Shown piece after piece: positions 27,768-40,050 of a stretch of DNA of 64,000 nucleotides. This DNA comes from Candidatus Xenobia bacterium (GTDB lineage Bacteria; Vulcanimicrobiota; Xenobia; Xenobiales; QWHO01), in NCBI GenBank assembly GCA_045863235.1, contig BTUM01000024.1, forward strand, positions 1 through 64,000, in the 5' to 3' direction. Positions within the stretch are counted from its first letter, which is position 1. Each line of letters starts with the position of its first letter. The notes under the pieces were generated by a model. It saw only the letters and a list, made by a program, of their open reading frames with translations. It made no database searches and was not told the DNA's origin. The position numbers and the translations under genes were made by a program.

Positions 27768-28151
27768 ATGCAGGCCACCGCCGCACTGCCTTCCTATCAG
27801 TTTCCCCGTACCCTGAGCTCTCCCGTTCCCGGCCTGGCGCGCCGTCAGGCCGAGGAGCCTTGCGATAAGGCCGAGCTGGCCGGCTCGATCCTGGGCGGTC
27901 TGGCCGGGGGCGCCGGCCTGGGCTACCTGGGCCTGGAGGCCGGGTTGCGCCTGGGCATGGACTATGGCATGGGGCTGCTCGGCCCCCACCCGCTGGCTCA
28001 GGTCTTCAGCCTGCTGACCTTCGGCATCTCCTACGGCGTCATCGGCGCCATGGCAGTGGGGGCGGTCGGCATCGGCACCGGCGTGGCCCTGGGCGCCTGG
28101 CTGGGCGGCAAGGCCGGCAAAGCCATCGGGGGCGGCCAAGAGCAGGCTTGA
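27768..28151 (+). CDS. Small glycine-zipper membrane protein
   Basis: RBS GGAGG, GxxxG-rich hydrophobic helices and an N-terminal DKAELAG motif. Confidence 0.75.
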   Translation: MQATAALPSYQFPRTLSSPVPGLARRQAEEPCDKAELAGSILGGLAGGAGLGYLGLEAGLRLGMDYGMGLLGPHPLAQVFSLLTFGISYGVIGAMAVGAVGIGTGVALGAWLGGKAGKAIGGGQEQA

Positions 28152-28636
28152 CCGACGAGCTCTCGTTGCGCGGCAAGTGGACGCTGCGCGCCCATGGACG
28201 CACCCGCGTCTTCGTCAAGCGATCGGTCGAGAGCAGCGCTCACGTGCTCATGAAGGCCCTGATGTGGGCCCTCTACCTGCCTGCCTACCCTGAGCTGGGG
28301 GTCGAGATCTCCATCGGGCATCGTTACAAGCCGGACCTGGTTTTCCTCGAGCAGGGCGAGCCCCGTTTCTGGGGCGAATGTGGCCACGTCGGCCTGCAGA
28401 AAATCCGCTACCTGGTCGGCCGGTTTCGGCGCACCCATCTGGCTTTCGCCCGCTTCGAGGGGGGACTCGACAGCTACGCCGAGCTCTTCGAGAAGGCTCT
28501 CCAGGGCGTGCGGCGCGAGGCGCCCGTGGAGCTGTGGAGGTTTCCGCCCGACAGCGCCGAGCGCTTCGTGGACGAACGGGGCAACATCAAGGTCGCATTC
28601 GCTGACCTGCAAGGCCGCCGTTTCGGTCACTCGTAA
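28148..28636 (+). CDS. YaeQ-like PD-(D/E)xK-fold protein
   Basis: ESSAHVLMKALMWALY, RYKPDLV and FWGECG. Confidence 0.6.
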   Translation: MTDELSLRGKWTLRAHGRTRVFVKRSVESSAHVLMKALMWALYLPAYPELGVEISIGHRYKPDLVFLEQGEPRFWGECGHVGLQKIRYLVGRFRRTHLAFARFEGGLDSYAELFEKALQGVRREAPVELWRFPPDSAERFVDERGNIKVAFADLQGRRFGHS

Positions 28637-29814
28637 CGCAAAGCCTGAATCGGGTCCTGGCGGGCTGCCCGCATGGCCGGGTACACACCCGACGCCAGCC
28701 CCACGACCCCCGAGCTGATCAGAGCTGCTCCCACGGCCCAGGCGCTGACCCCGAAGGGAAGCCCGGCGAAGGCCATCACGGCGGCGGCCGAGGCGGTTCC
28801 GGCGGCGATGCCCAGCACCCCACCACCGAGGCTGATCACCAGGGCTTCGGTGAAGAACTGCAAGAAGAGGTCGCGGTCACTGGCCCCGATGGCCTTGCGG
28901 ATGCCGATCTCGCGGGTGCGCTCCATGACCGAGACCAGCATGATGTTCATGATGCCGATGCTGCCCACCAGCAGCGAGATCCCGGCGATGCCGGCCACGA
29001 ACAGGGTCAGCGTGCCGGTGATGTTGCCCAGGATCGAGAGCATCTCGCTCTGGGTGTGAAAGTGGAAGTCGTCCTGGTCGAGGTGGCGGTGGCGCAGGAA
29101 ATCCTCGATCTGTTGCTGCACGTCGTAGACCTTCTCGGCATCCGTGGCCCACACGATGATCTCGGTCAGGCGCCTGGTCTCGAGCAGGTCTTCGGAGGTG
29201 GTGATGGGCAGGATGGCCATGTCGTCCATGTTCATCCCCAGCATCTCGCCCTTCTCCTCCATCACCCCGATGCACTGAAAGCGCTTGCCTCCAATGCGCA
29301 GCGTCTCGCCCACGGGCGAGGAGCCGGGAAAAAACTTGGCCACCACGTCGGGACCCAGCACGCAGACCTTGCGGTGCTTCTCGATGTCGGAGGAGGTCAG
29401 AAACTGCCCCTCCGTGACCCGGTAGTTGGCCAGCGCGGGCCAGTTCTCGGTCAGGCCCCAGATGGCGATCTTGTCCTCCTTGCGCCCCATGCGGGCCTGG
29501 GCCGAGCCGATCAGCACCGGCACCACGTCGTTGATGCCGGTCAGACGCCGGGCGATCTCCTTGGAATCGCTGTAGCTGAGCCGGCTGGGCTCGATGGGGG
29601 GATCCATCTTGCCCGGGTGCACCACCAGGGCATTGGAGCCAAAGCCCATTCCGCCCACCTCTTGATTGACGTAGACCTTGGCCGCCTCGCCCAGCGAGAC
29701 CAGGGTGATCACCAGGCCCACCCCGATGATGACCCCCAGCATGGTCAGCACCGAGCGCAGGCGGTTGGCCTTGAGCGAGTCGAGCGCCGCCGAGAGGCTC
29801 TCCCAGAGGTCCAT
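28627..29814 (-). CDS. MacB/FtsX-family ABC permease
   Basis: RSVLTMLGVIIGV, IGIMNIMLVSVMERTREIGIRKAIGA and YPAMRAARQDPIQALRYE. Confidence 0.95.
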   Translation of the reverse strand: MDLWESLSAALDSLKANRLRSVLTMLGVIIGVGLVITLVSLGEAAKVYVNQEVGGMGFGSNALVVHPGKMDPPIEPSRLSYSDSKEIARRLTGINDVVPVLIGSAQARMGRKEDKIAIWGLTENWPALANYRVTEGQFLTSSDIEKHRKVCVLGPDVVAKFFPGSSPVGETLRIGGKRFQCIGVMEEKGEMLGMNMDDMAILPITTSEDLLETRRLTEIIVWATDAEKVYDVQQQIEDFLRHRHLDQDDFHFHTQSEMLSILGNITGTLTLFVAGIAGISLLVGSIGIMNIMLVSVMERTREIGIRKAIGASDRDLFLQFFTEALVISLGGGVLGIAAGTASAAAVMAFAGLPFGVSAWAVGAALISSGVVGLASGVYPAMRAARQDPIQALRYE

Positions 29815-30488
<674 letters not shown>

Positions 30489-30492
<4 letters not shown>

Positions 30493-31918
30493 GGCCGGAT
30501 GCGCAGGCGCGCCCCGTCGCGCAGATTGCCCGGATTGAGCACCACCTGATCGCCCTCGCTCAGGCCCTGCACGATCTCCACCCGGTTGGCATCACGGCTG
30601 CCTGTCTTGACCACCCGCTCGCGGGCTCGCGAGCCGTCCACCAGCAGCACGACCCACTTCCCTTCTCGGCTCACCAGGGCCTCGCGGGGCACGAATAGCA
30701 CGTTCTCGAGCTTGCGCAGCACCACCTCGGCGAAGACCGACATGCCCGGGAAGAGCTGCGACTTCCCATCAGAGCTGGCCAGCTCGACTCGAGCCCGGAA
30801 GACCCGATCTTCGTCCTGGGTGGGCGTGCCGCGCAGCTCGCGCTTGAGCTGAGCCAGGGCGTCGATGCTCTTCAGCTTGCCGGCGAACTCGACCTCGGGG
30901 TAGGCGTCGGTGGTCACCACCACGCTCTGGCCGGGGGAGACCTTGCCCCGGTCGTTCTCGTCGAGCAGCACCTCGACCCAGATCCGGTTCGGATCGACGA
31001 GCCGCGCCACCGGCGTAGTGGGCCCGACCGACTCGCCCGGCTGAACATCCTCGAGCACGATCTCCCCGGCTCCGGGGGCCCGTACCTGAGCCTGCTCGAG
31101 CTGGGCCCGGGCCTGAGCGACCGTGGCCGAGGCTGCCTCCAGACGGGCCTGGCTGGCGGATACCTCCCCTTGCAGCACCGCCAGCTGGCCCTGGCGCGCC
31201 CGGGCCCCCTCGACCTGGGCCCCGGCTCGAGTCAGCTCGCCGCGGGCGGCCTGGCGTTCTTCCTGGCGGGCTCCCTCGCGCAATAAGCTCAGTTGCTGGC
31301 GGGCCTGCTCACGACTGGCCCGGGCCGCGCTGAGACCCGTCCGGGCGGCGTCCACCTGCTGGGCCGCGACGTAGCCTTGTTCGAATAGTTGTTTGGTACG
31401 GGCGAGGTTGGTTCGGGACTCGGTTTCGGCAGCTTCCGCCGAGGCCAGCTGGGCCCGCGCCGTGGCCAGCTCTTGCGGGCGCGAGCCGTTCTCGAGGCGC
31501 TCGAGGTTGGCGCTGGCCACCTGACGAGCGGCCTGCGAGCCGGTCAACTCGGCGGCCACCGCTTGCTGCTCGGCCGCCAGGCGAGCCCGGGCTTGCTCCA
31601 CTGCGGCCGAGGCCGCCTGTTCGTTGGCCTGAGCCACGCGCAGGGCGGCTTTGAGGTCGTCCGATTCGAGCTCGGCCACCAGTTGGCCGGCTTGAACCCG
31701 TTCACCCGTTTTGACCAGCACCCGGGCCAGTCGACCCTGCGTCCGCGGTGCCAGGGCCGCTTCCACGCCGCTTTTCACCAGCCCATCCTCGTCCAGCCTG
31801 TCACTGACCGACCCGCGCTCGACGCGGCCGGCGGTCACTTCCACCGCCTCCGAGCCGCTGACGAAGAAGAATACGGCCGTGAGGACCAGCAGGCCGAGAA
31901 GGATGAGCGCCAGCGCCC

Positions 31919-31922
<4 letters not shown>
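30489..31922 (-). CDS. Efflux periplasmic adaptor (MacA/HlyD family)
   Basis: N-terminal TM, lipoyl-like halves (VKTGERVQAGQLV; RAPGAGEI), a long helical hairpin and VPREAL. ATGA overlap with the kinase stop. Confidence 0.92.
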
Positions 31923-33508
<1,586 letters not shown>

Positions 33509-33537
33509 CCCCACCTCCGGCGAGCCAATCTTTGGGA

Positions 33538-34677
33538 TTATCCGCTCTCTTCCTTGAGCTGCTCCAGAACATACTTGCCCAGTAGCTTCACCTGATCAGG
33601 GTTGAGATGCAGGAAGCGGAGGCCATACTGAAAGCCATCATCAACTTTGTCACGGTGACGGATCTCGCCGACCACGGTGAGGGCATAGAGGCGCCCCGAC
33701 GGACCGATGGTGAGGGTTACGGGGGCGCTCGAGAGCAGCTCCTTCTTGCACGCGAGCAGCACCCCTCCGACTCCGATGTTGAGGATGACCCCTTCGTGCT
33801 CTTGCGCCTTTGAGCTCACCTCGACCTGCAATCGGGCCTTAACCCGACGCTTGCGGCGCCGGCGATAGAGGAGATTCTCCAGGAACCCGAGCTCGGAGAG
33901 CATTTGGGCCAGGCGCGAGCGGGCCAGGGTCTCGGGCTTCTCGTCGTAGTTGACCCCCACCAGCAGCCGGGTGCTGCGGGGCATCTTGCGAACCCACTGC
34001 ACGACGCACTTGATCCCAACCGGCTTGGCCCGCCCCGAAGCGGGGTCGAGCAAAGTGATGACATCACCACGCTCGGGCTCGATGTCCAGGTAAAGGTGCA
34101 GTCCACCGAGCCCGATGTTGACGACCTGGGCCTGGCCGCTCTTGTCTCCCAGGGAAAAGTCTACCGCCAGCTGGCTGTGAACCCGGATGCTGCGGCGTCG
34201 GTCCGGGGTCTTCTCACTATCCACCCCGAACGACTTCAGGCCCGCCACCATGGAGCCCAGCCAGCCCGGAGCCTCCTTGTCCTGCAGCAGGCGCAAGGCC
34301 TGCACCATCACCGATTGGAACTGCTGGATCTCGGCCGGGATAACCCGGGGGGTCTCCTCGGAGCTGGGCAGCATTTCCAGGCTGGGAGGCACCTCGTAGG
34401 AGGCCTCGACGGACTCTTCCACCTGTTCGAAGGACTCCTCGGGGGGGGCCTCGGGTTCCTCCGACTCAGGCTCGGCTTCTCGGGTCTCTCGAGCCTCCGG
34501 GGCCGGAGGGGGCTCGGGCCTGGGCTCGGGCGGCGAGCGCGGGGGCTCGCTCTCTTGTTCCTTCTGGCTGAACAGAAAGTAGATTCCGCCCACCAGGAGC
34601 GGCAGGCCAACGACGATGGCTCCGCCCAGAATCACCAGCTTGACCCACCCCGGCTTGCCGCCTCCTAGAATTTGCAT
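33538..34677 (-). CDS. Membrane-anchored tandem PilZ-domain protein
   Basis: TM helix and acidic Pro-rich linker, then two RxxxR...NIGxGG modules (DRRRSIR/NIGLGG and RRRKRR/NIGVGG). Confidence 0.85.
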   Translation of the reverse strand: MQILGGGKPGWVKLVILGGAIVVGLPLLVGGIYFLFSQKEQESEPPRSPPEPRPEPPPAPEARETREAEPESEEPEAPPEESFEQVEESVEASYEVPPSLEMLPSSEETPRVIPAEIQQFQSVMVQALRLLQDKEAPGWLGSMVAGLKSFGVDSEKTPDRRRSIRVHSQLAVDFSLGDKSGQAQVVNIGLGGLHLYLDIEPERGDVITLLDPASGRAKPVGIKCVVQWVRKMPRSTRLLVGVNYDEKPETLARSRLAQMLSELGFLENLLYRRRRKRRVKARLQVEVSSKAQEHEGVILNIGVGGVLLACKKELLSSAPVTLTIGPSGRLYALTVVGEIRHRDKVDDGFQYGLRFLHLNPDQVKLLGKYVLEQLKEESG

Positions 34678-34818
34678 CAACACCTCAAAAAACCTTGAAT
34701 TGACGGCTCTTTCGCGCCTCAACTGGTTTTCCCTATAGTGGACCGGAAGCAGGCCGCGGAAGGTGCGCGACAGCTTGGCTCGAAGCCAGGGTCCAATTTT
34801 TCTGCCAGAGGCGCGAAG

Positions 34819-37800
34819 ATGGCTAAGAACAAGTTCTCCAAAGGAAAGAAGCCGGGCCAGCAGGTGGCCAAGCCGGCGGCGGCCAGCCCCCCTCCGACTC
34901 CTGCAGCGCCGGTCGTCGAGGATTTCGACGAGGAAGAAGACAGCCCGGAGCCTTCGCTGGAAGAAATGGCCCTCAATCTACGGGCCATCCTGGAGGAAAC
35001 CGAAGTCAAGGCCAGGCGGCTGCGCGACTCGATGGAGCTGCCCTCGGTCGCCATCGAGGAGCTCGAGGACAAGCTGGCCGACGAGCAGAAGGTGCGGGCG
35101 CAACTCGAAACCACGGTGGCCTCGCAGAAAGAGCGGCTGGAAGAGCTCGAGAAGCTTCACACGGCCGCTCGGGGTCAAGTTGAGGAGCTGGAGAACCAGC
35201 TCGGCCAGCTCGAGCAAGAGAAGCGGCATCTCGGCTCGGAGTTGGATGAGCGCCAGAGAGATACGGGTGACCTCGAGGCGCGCCTCGACGAGGCTCTCAA
35301 GGCACGCCAGCGTCTGGCCGACCAGCTGGCCGAGGCGGAGCGCTCTCGCCAGGATCTCGAAGAGCGGCTTTCCGGGGACGACGGACTTTCGACCAGGTTG
35401 GCCGAGGCCGAGAAGGCCCGCCTGGAGCTCGAGGAGCGCCTGCGCAACGCTGACGAGACCCACGCCGCGGCTCTGCGCGAATTCGACGAGAAACTGGCCG
35501 AGCATGACCTGCTGAAGGCCCGTTTGCATGAGGCCGAGACCAGGCGAGACGAGCTGGAAGGAAGGCTGAAAGAGCTCGAAGGTGGGACTTCCGGTCTCCA
35601 GGCCAAGCAGCGCGAGGCCGAGAATCGCCTCGGAGAGCTGGAGGACAAGCTCCAGGGGGCCCAGGCCGAGCTGCTGGAGGGCGAGTCTCGCCTGGAGGAG
35701 GCTCAGCGCAAAGCCCGCGTGCTCGAAGAGCAGTTGGAGGAGGCTCGCAAGGCCAAGGCCGAGGTCGAGCGCCATATGGAGGAAGCTCAGCAGCTGCGCG
35801 ACGACCTGCTCGGGCAGCTCGAGCAGGCCCAGTTGTCAGCGGCCGAGCACGAGGGCCGCACGCAAGAGCTGGAGGGCAAGCTGCAAGAGCTCGCCAAGGC
35901 CAGCACGCAGGTGACCGAGCTGCGCGAGATGCTCGACATGCTCGAGGCCAATTTACTCGAGGCCGAAGACAAGCTCGCTTCTGCCCCCACGCGCAATCAG
36001 CTTGAGGACGCCCTGACCCGCGCTCAGGAGGCCGAGGAGCGGGTCAGCGAGTTGACCACGGCAGCCGACGAAGTGGAGCAGAAACTTCGTCAGTCGGAGT
36101 TTCGGCTCGGTCAGATCAAGCAGATCTTCGAAGAAACCGACGAAGCGGCCAAAGCCGCCGAGGAGCGCGCCGATGCAGCCGAGCGGAGGGCCCGCGAGGC
36201 CGAGCGCAAGCTGCGCCAGCTCGAAGTGGCCACCGGTCGGGTGGCTGACGCGGCCGGGGAGGCGGCGGGTGCACCGGAAGGCGCCGACGGGGTTGAGGTG
36301 TCGGCACTTCGCAAGAAGCTCGAGGCGGCCGAGCGCGAGTCGTTGGAGTCGGTCGAGCGGGCCGAGCTGGCTGAGCAGAAGCTGATCGAGCTGGAAGACG
36401 AGGTTCGCGAGGCTAACGAGCGAGCCCTGGAGCTCGAGGAGAAGTTTGGCGAAGTGGAGGCCAACTCCATCCGGCTGCGCGAAGAGCTCGAGCAGGCCTG
36501 TCAGCAGCTCGAGGAAACCCGCAGCCAGACCGACCTGAGTCAGTTCGAGGAGCTGAGGCAGAAGCTCCAGGATACTGAGGCTCGGGCCAAAGCTGCCGAG
36601 CAGAAATCTCGCGAATCGGTGGACCGTCTCTTCCAGGCCGAGCAGCGGATGGTGGCCGCCAGCGCGCGCACCCGCACGGCCGAGGAGAAGATCGTCACCC
36701 TCGAGCGAGAGCTCGACAACCTCAAGCGCAAACTCCACGAGGCCGAAGAGCGGATGAAGTCGGGCGAGGCGGCCGAACTCGATCCCGAGACCGAGCGCAT
36801 GGCCTTTGAAGACCGGCTGACCAGTCTACCGAACTTCAACATCCTGCAGCAGTACATCGATTACACCTTCAAGCAGGTTCATCGCTACAAGCGCGGAGCG
36901 GCCTTGCTTTGCATCGACCTGGACCGTTTCAAGGTCATCAACGATACGCTCGGTTTTCGAGCCGGCGACGAAGTGTTGCGCCAGGTCGCTGACCGGCTCA
37001 AAGCCCTGGTCCGCGAGTCGGACGTCCTCGGCCGGCGGGGAGACGACGAATTCTTGATTTTGCTGTCCGAACTGGAGCGGGGCGATCTGCCCGAGGTGCG
37101 GACTCCCGAAGATTGGGCCAGGGCCTGCAACCAGATGTCGACCCTGGTTTCCAACCGCATCCTGTCGGCCCTGGCGCCGCCCTATTCGGTGCAGAATCAG
37201 AAACTGCACGTGACCGCCAGCATCGGGGCCAGCGTGAGCCTGGACGCCGAGACGGCCGAAGAGTTCATCGAGCACGCCGAGACCGCCATGGTGGCCGCCA
37301 AGGAAGCGGGCCGCAACAATCTGCAGTTTTATACCGCCGATCTGAAGCAGCGTCGTCAGCGAAAGCTCTCCTTCGACGGTCAGTTGCGCGAGGCCCTGGA
37401 GAACGACGAGTTCACGCTGCTCTACCAGCCCATCGTGCACCTCTCCAGCGGACGCCTGGCCGGGGCCGAGGCTCTCTTGCGCTGGAAGCACCCCGAAATG
37501 AATCGTCTGCTGGCCCCGGAGGAGTTTCTCTCGATCGCCGAGGAGACCGGCTTGATCGTGCCCATCGGCACCTGGGCGCTGATGCAGGCCTGCCGGCAGG
37601 CGGCCCTGTGGCGCGACGAAGGGCTGGAGATCTTTACGGGTGTCAACATGAGCACTCGCCAGCTGATGCAGGCGGATCTGCCCAAGACGTTCCTGAAGGC
37701 TTTCGAGGTGACCAACATCGATCCCAAGATGTTGATCGTGGACATCATCGAGGGCTCGAGCCTGGTGGATCCCGAGCGCATCGATCAGAACCTGGAGGAG

Positions 37801-38136
37801 TTGACCCGTCTGGGAGTGGCTATCTCCGTCGACGACTTCGGCGTGGGCTTCTCCTCGCTCAAGAGACTGGGAAAGGTCAAGATGCTCAAGTTCCACCAAT
37901 CCCTGGTGCAGGATGTGGGCAGTCGCCACGGCAGCAGTATCTGCGTGGCCATGCTGGGCATCTGCTCGACACTGGCCGTGCGCTCCGTGGCCGAAGGGGT
38001 GGAAACGGCCGACCAGGCGACCTTCTTCCTGGACAAAGGGTGCGAGCTGGCCCAGGGGTTCTACTTCTCCGAGCCCGTGCCGCCCGACGAGATCACCGAG
38101 ATGTGGCTCGACAATCGAACCTGGAGTGGCTTTTAG
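34819..38136 (+). CDS. Long coiled-coil protein with GGDEF and EAL domains
   Basis: About 600 aa of E/K/R/A/L heptads, DRLTSLPN, IDLDRFKVINDTLG, RRGDDEF, YQP, AEALLRW, DDFGVGFSSL, AEGVET and AQGFYFS. Confidence 0.93.
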   Translation: MAKNKFSKGKKPGQQVAKPAAASPPPTPAAPVVEDFDEEEDSPEPSLEEMALNLRAILEETEVKARRLRDSMELPSVAIEELEDKLADEQKVRAQLETTVASQKERLEELEKLHTAARGQVEELENQLGQLEQEKRHLGSELDERQRDTGDLEARLDEALKARQRLADQLAEAERSRQDLEERLSGDDGLSTRLAEAEKARLELEERLRNADETHAAALREFDEKLAEHDLLKARLHEAETRRDELEGRLKELEGGTSGLQAKQREAENRLGELEDKLQGAQAELLEGESRLEEAQRKARVLEEQLEEARKAKAEVERHMEEAQQLRDDLLGQLEQAQLSAAEHEGRTQELEGKLQELAKASTQVTELREMLDMLEANLLEAEDKLASAPTRNQLEDALTRAQEAEERVSELTTAADEVEQKLRQSEFRLGQIKQIFEETDEAAKAAEERADAAERRAREAERKLRQLEVATGRVADAAGEAAGAPEGADGVEVSALRKKLEAAERESLESVERAELAEQKLIELEDEVREANERALELEEKFGEVEANSIRLREELEQACQQLEETRSQTDLSQFEELRQKLQDTEARAKAAEQKSRESVDRLFQAEQRMVAASARTRTAEEKIVTLERELDNLKRKLHEAEERMKSGEAAELDPETERMAFEDRLTSLPNFNILQQYIDYTFKQVHRYKRGAALLCIDLDRFKVINDTLGFRAGDEVLRQVADRLKALVRESDVLGRRGDDEFLILLSELERGDLPEVRTPEDWARACNQMSTLVSNRILSALAPPYSVQNQKLHVTASIGASVSLDAETAEEFIEHAETAMVAAKEAGRNNLQFYTADLKQRRQRKLSFDGQLREALENDEFTLLYQPIVHLSSGRLAGAEALLRWKHPEMNRLLAPEEFLSIAEETGLIVPIGTWALMQACRQAALWRDEGLEIFTGVNMSTRQLMQADLPKTFLKAFEVTNIDPKMLIVDIIEGSSLVDPERIDQNLEELTRLGVAISVDDFGVGFSSLKRLGKVKMLKFHQSLVQDVGSRHGSSICVAMLGICSTLAVRSVAEGVETADQATFFLDKGCELAQGFYFSEPVPPDEITEMWLDNRTWSGF

Positions 38137-38140
38137 GCTT

Positions 38141-38311
38141 TCAGGCCAACTGGGAGGCCCACTCCAGCCAGTCCTCCGAGGAGAATTCGGAGGCCACGTT
38201 GCCGTTGCTCGTGCCGGTCAGGTTGACACAGTGGCCGACCAGGTTCGCGTTCGGTTCTGGTGCTGCTGGCTCCGCTTTGGGAACCTGCTCGACAATTTGG
38301 ACAGGGTCCAT
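38141..38311 (-). CDS. Small hypothetical protein (56 aa)
   Basis: RBS GGGGAG, MDPVQIVEQ...EDWLEWASQLA, and an AT-rich upstream region. Confidence 0.5.
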   Translation of the reverse strand: MDPVQIVEQVPKAEPAAPEPNANLVGHCVNLTGTSNGNVASEFSSEDWLEWASQLA

Positions 38312-38435
38312 GCTCTGCTCCCCCATTCGCTGACTTTTGTCCAGCATACCCTGAGACCTTGGAAAAGTTTTTGGGTACGGTGCAAAAGTTGCGTTACCCT
38401 TGTGAGCAGGTTGTTACAAAGATTCTCGGTTTGGA

Positions 38436-39380
38436 TCAGGCCAGGCCGCCCAGGATGCGGAAACCCTCTTCCTTGCGGCCTGTGTTGCGCAACAGCGTGG
38501 AGAGCCAGCGGCGGGCCTGCTGAAATACGGGGTCGATGGCCACGGCTTCGCGCCATTGCTGCTCGGCGGTGACCAGATCGTCTTCTTCGTAGGCCAGAAC
38601 TCCCAGGTTAAAGGCCACCCGGGCATCCTCGGGGGCCAGGGTGCGCGCCAGATAGAGCGTTTGGCGGGCCTGGTCGCGCTCTCCCAGAGCCGTCTCGGCT
38701 ACGGCCAGGTTGGTCAGCACCTGCACCGAGCCGGGCTCGAGCCCGGCCGCCCGGGCCAGATCGCCCCGAGCGCTCCGGGCCAGCCCGCGTCGTAGTTGCA
38801 GCGAGCCCCGGTTGAACCAGAAGGTGGAGTTGCCGGAGTCTTCTTCGAGGGCCTGGCTGAAGGCCGCCTCGGCTTCCTCCAGACGGCCCTGCAGGGTGAA
38901 GATGATGCCCGTGTTGTTGTGGACGTAGCCCAGCAGTCGCTGCAAGGAGACCACCTCGAAGCCCTCGGTCTCACGCCAGAAGCGGCGTTGGGCCAGGTCG
39001 CACAGCATGAGGCCGTGCTCGCTCTCGATGCCCGCGGCCACGTGCCCGAACACGAATCCCTGGCCTTCCCCGATGGCTTCCAGTTTGCGCATCGGGACCA
39101 CCTTGAGGCCGGCGGCCGGCGCCAGGGCCAGGAGCAGCAGCGTGTACTCGATGCACATCGCGTAGCGACGGCCATCGGCGCCCGGCTCGGTGAAAACCTG
39201 GTGGGCGGTGCGACAGCCGTGAGGGCGGCGGTTCTGGCTCAGGTCCTCGTCGTAGCCCACCTCCAGGCCGTAGTCGAGAATGGCTTTGTAGAGCCGCCGC
39301 GCGCGGTCCACGACAGGGCCCTCGCCCACCGCGCGGCGGGCGAACTCGAGCATTTCGGGGGTGGCTCCAAATGGGTGCAC
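38436..39380 (-). CDS. Transglutaminase-like domain + TPR protein
   Basis: MCIEYTLLL..LA, GHV and CD candidate Cys-His-Asp triad, then TPRs (NNTG..., FNRG..., FNLG...). Confidence 0.75.
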   Translation of the reverse strand: MHPFGATPEMLEFARRAVGEGPVVDRARRLYKAILDYGLEVGYDEDLSQNRRPHGCRTAHQVFTEPGADGRRYAMCIEYTLLLLALAPAAGLKVVPMRKLEAIGEGQGFVFGHVAAGIESEHGLMLCDLAQRRFWRETEGFEVVSLQRLLGYVHNNTGIIFTLQGRLEEAEAAFSQALEEDSGNSTFWFNRGSLQLRRGLARSARGDLARAAGLEPGSVQVLTNLAVAETALGERDQARQTLYLARTLAPEDARVAFNLGVLAYEEDDLVTAEQQWREAVAIDPVFQQARRWLSTLLRNTGRKEEGFRILGGLA

Positions 39381-39484
39381 GAGCTTCTTATCACGACATG
39401 ACCCCTCCTAGGAAAGAGTCTCGCCCTGTCGAACAACAAAAAGCCCTCGAAATGAAGCGGGGAGTTTGCCTGGGGAGGTCTGCC

Positions 39485-39670
39485 ATGGACAAGCCGATGA
39501 TGGAAATGGCTCCGATGAAGGAGATGATGGGCAAGATGGCCGACTGCATGATGCGCATGAACGAGTCCTGCAACGAATCCCACATGATGATGATGAAGAT
39601 GCGCGACATGTGTATGGAGATGCATGACATGATGAAGAGGATGAGCATGATGCAGGGGGAAATGAAGTAG
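39485..39670 (+). CDS. Methionine-rich small protein (61 aa, 25 Met)
   Basis: RBS GGGGAGG, an ATG-dense ORF with 3 Cys and 2 His, followed by a long hairpin. Confidence 0.8.
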   Translation: MDKPMMEMAPMKEMMGKMADCMMRMNESCNESHMMMMKMRDMCMEMHDMMKRMSMMQGEMK

Positions 39671-39683
39671 CCCGGTTTCCTGT

Positions 39684-39725
39684 TTCAATGAAAAAGCCGG
39701 CCTCTGGGCCGGCTCTTTCATTGAA
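39684..39725. terminator. Bidirectional intrinsic terminator
   Basis: ttcaatgaaaaagccggcc-tctg-ggccggctctttcattgaa, between convergent genes. Confidence 0.85.
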
Positions 39726-39736
39726 CGGGGGTTTGG

Positions 39737-40036
39737 TTAGCCGCCCGCCTGCCGTTTGGAGTAAACGAACACCCCCGCGCCCACGGCGCAGAAGACGATG
39801 AAAAACCAGGCCTTGCGTGAGGCCGGGTCGCTCAACATGACGGCGCTCATGATCAAAAAGAGCAGCACAACCAGTCCGATGGCAACCTTCTTGATGTTGT
39901 GAGCCATCAAAGCCCCACCGCGGTCTTTGTCGCCGTAGGCCTTCTTCATGTCTTGCACCGAGTTCTTGACCTTCTCGGTGTGCTTCTCTTGCTGGGCGTA
40001 AAGTTTCTCGAGTTGTCTGTCCCGTTGATCGGACAC
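39737..40036 (-). CDS. Small two-TM hypothetical protein
   Basis: RBS AGGAGG, GTG start, a charged N-terminus and two hydrophobic helices. Confidence 0.7.
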   Translation of the reverse strand: MSDQRDRQLEKLYAQQEKHTEKVKNSVQDMKKAYGDKDRGGALMAHNIKKVAIGLVVLLFLIMSAVMLSDPASRKAWFFIVFCAVGAGVFVYSKRQAGG

Positions 40037-40050
40037 GCTCAAACCCTCCT

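Noticed and set aside
39239..39721. His-rich minus-strand ORF (HHAHPLHH...) as a metal-binding protein
   Set aside because: CAT codons are the mirror of the ATG-rich plus-strand gene, which has the RBS and correctly placed terminator.
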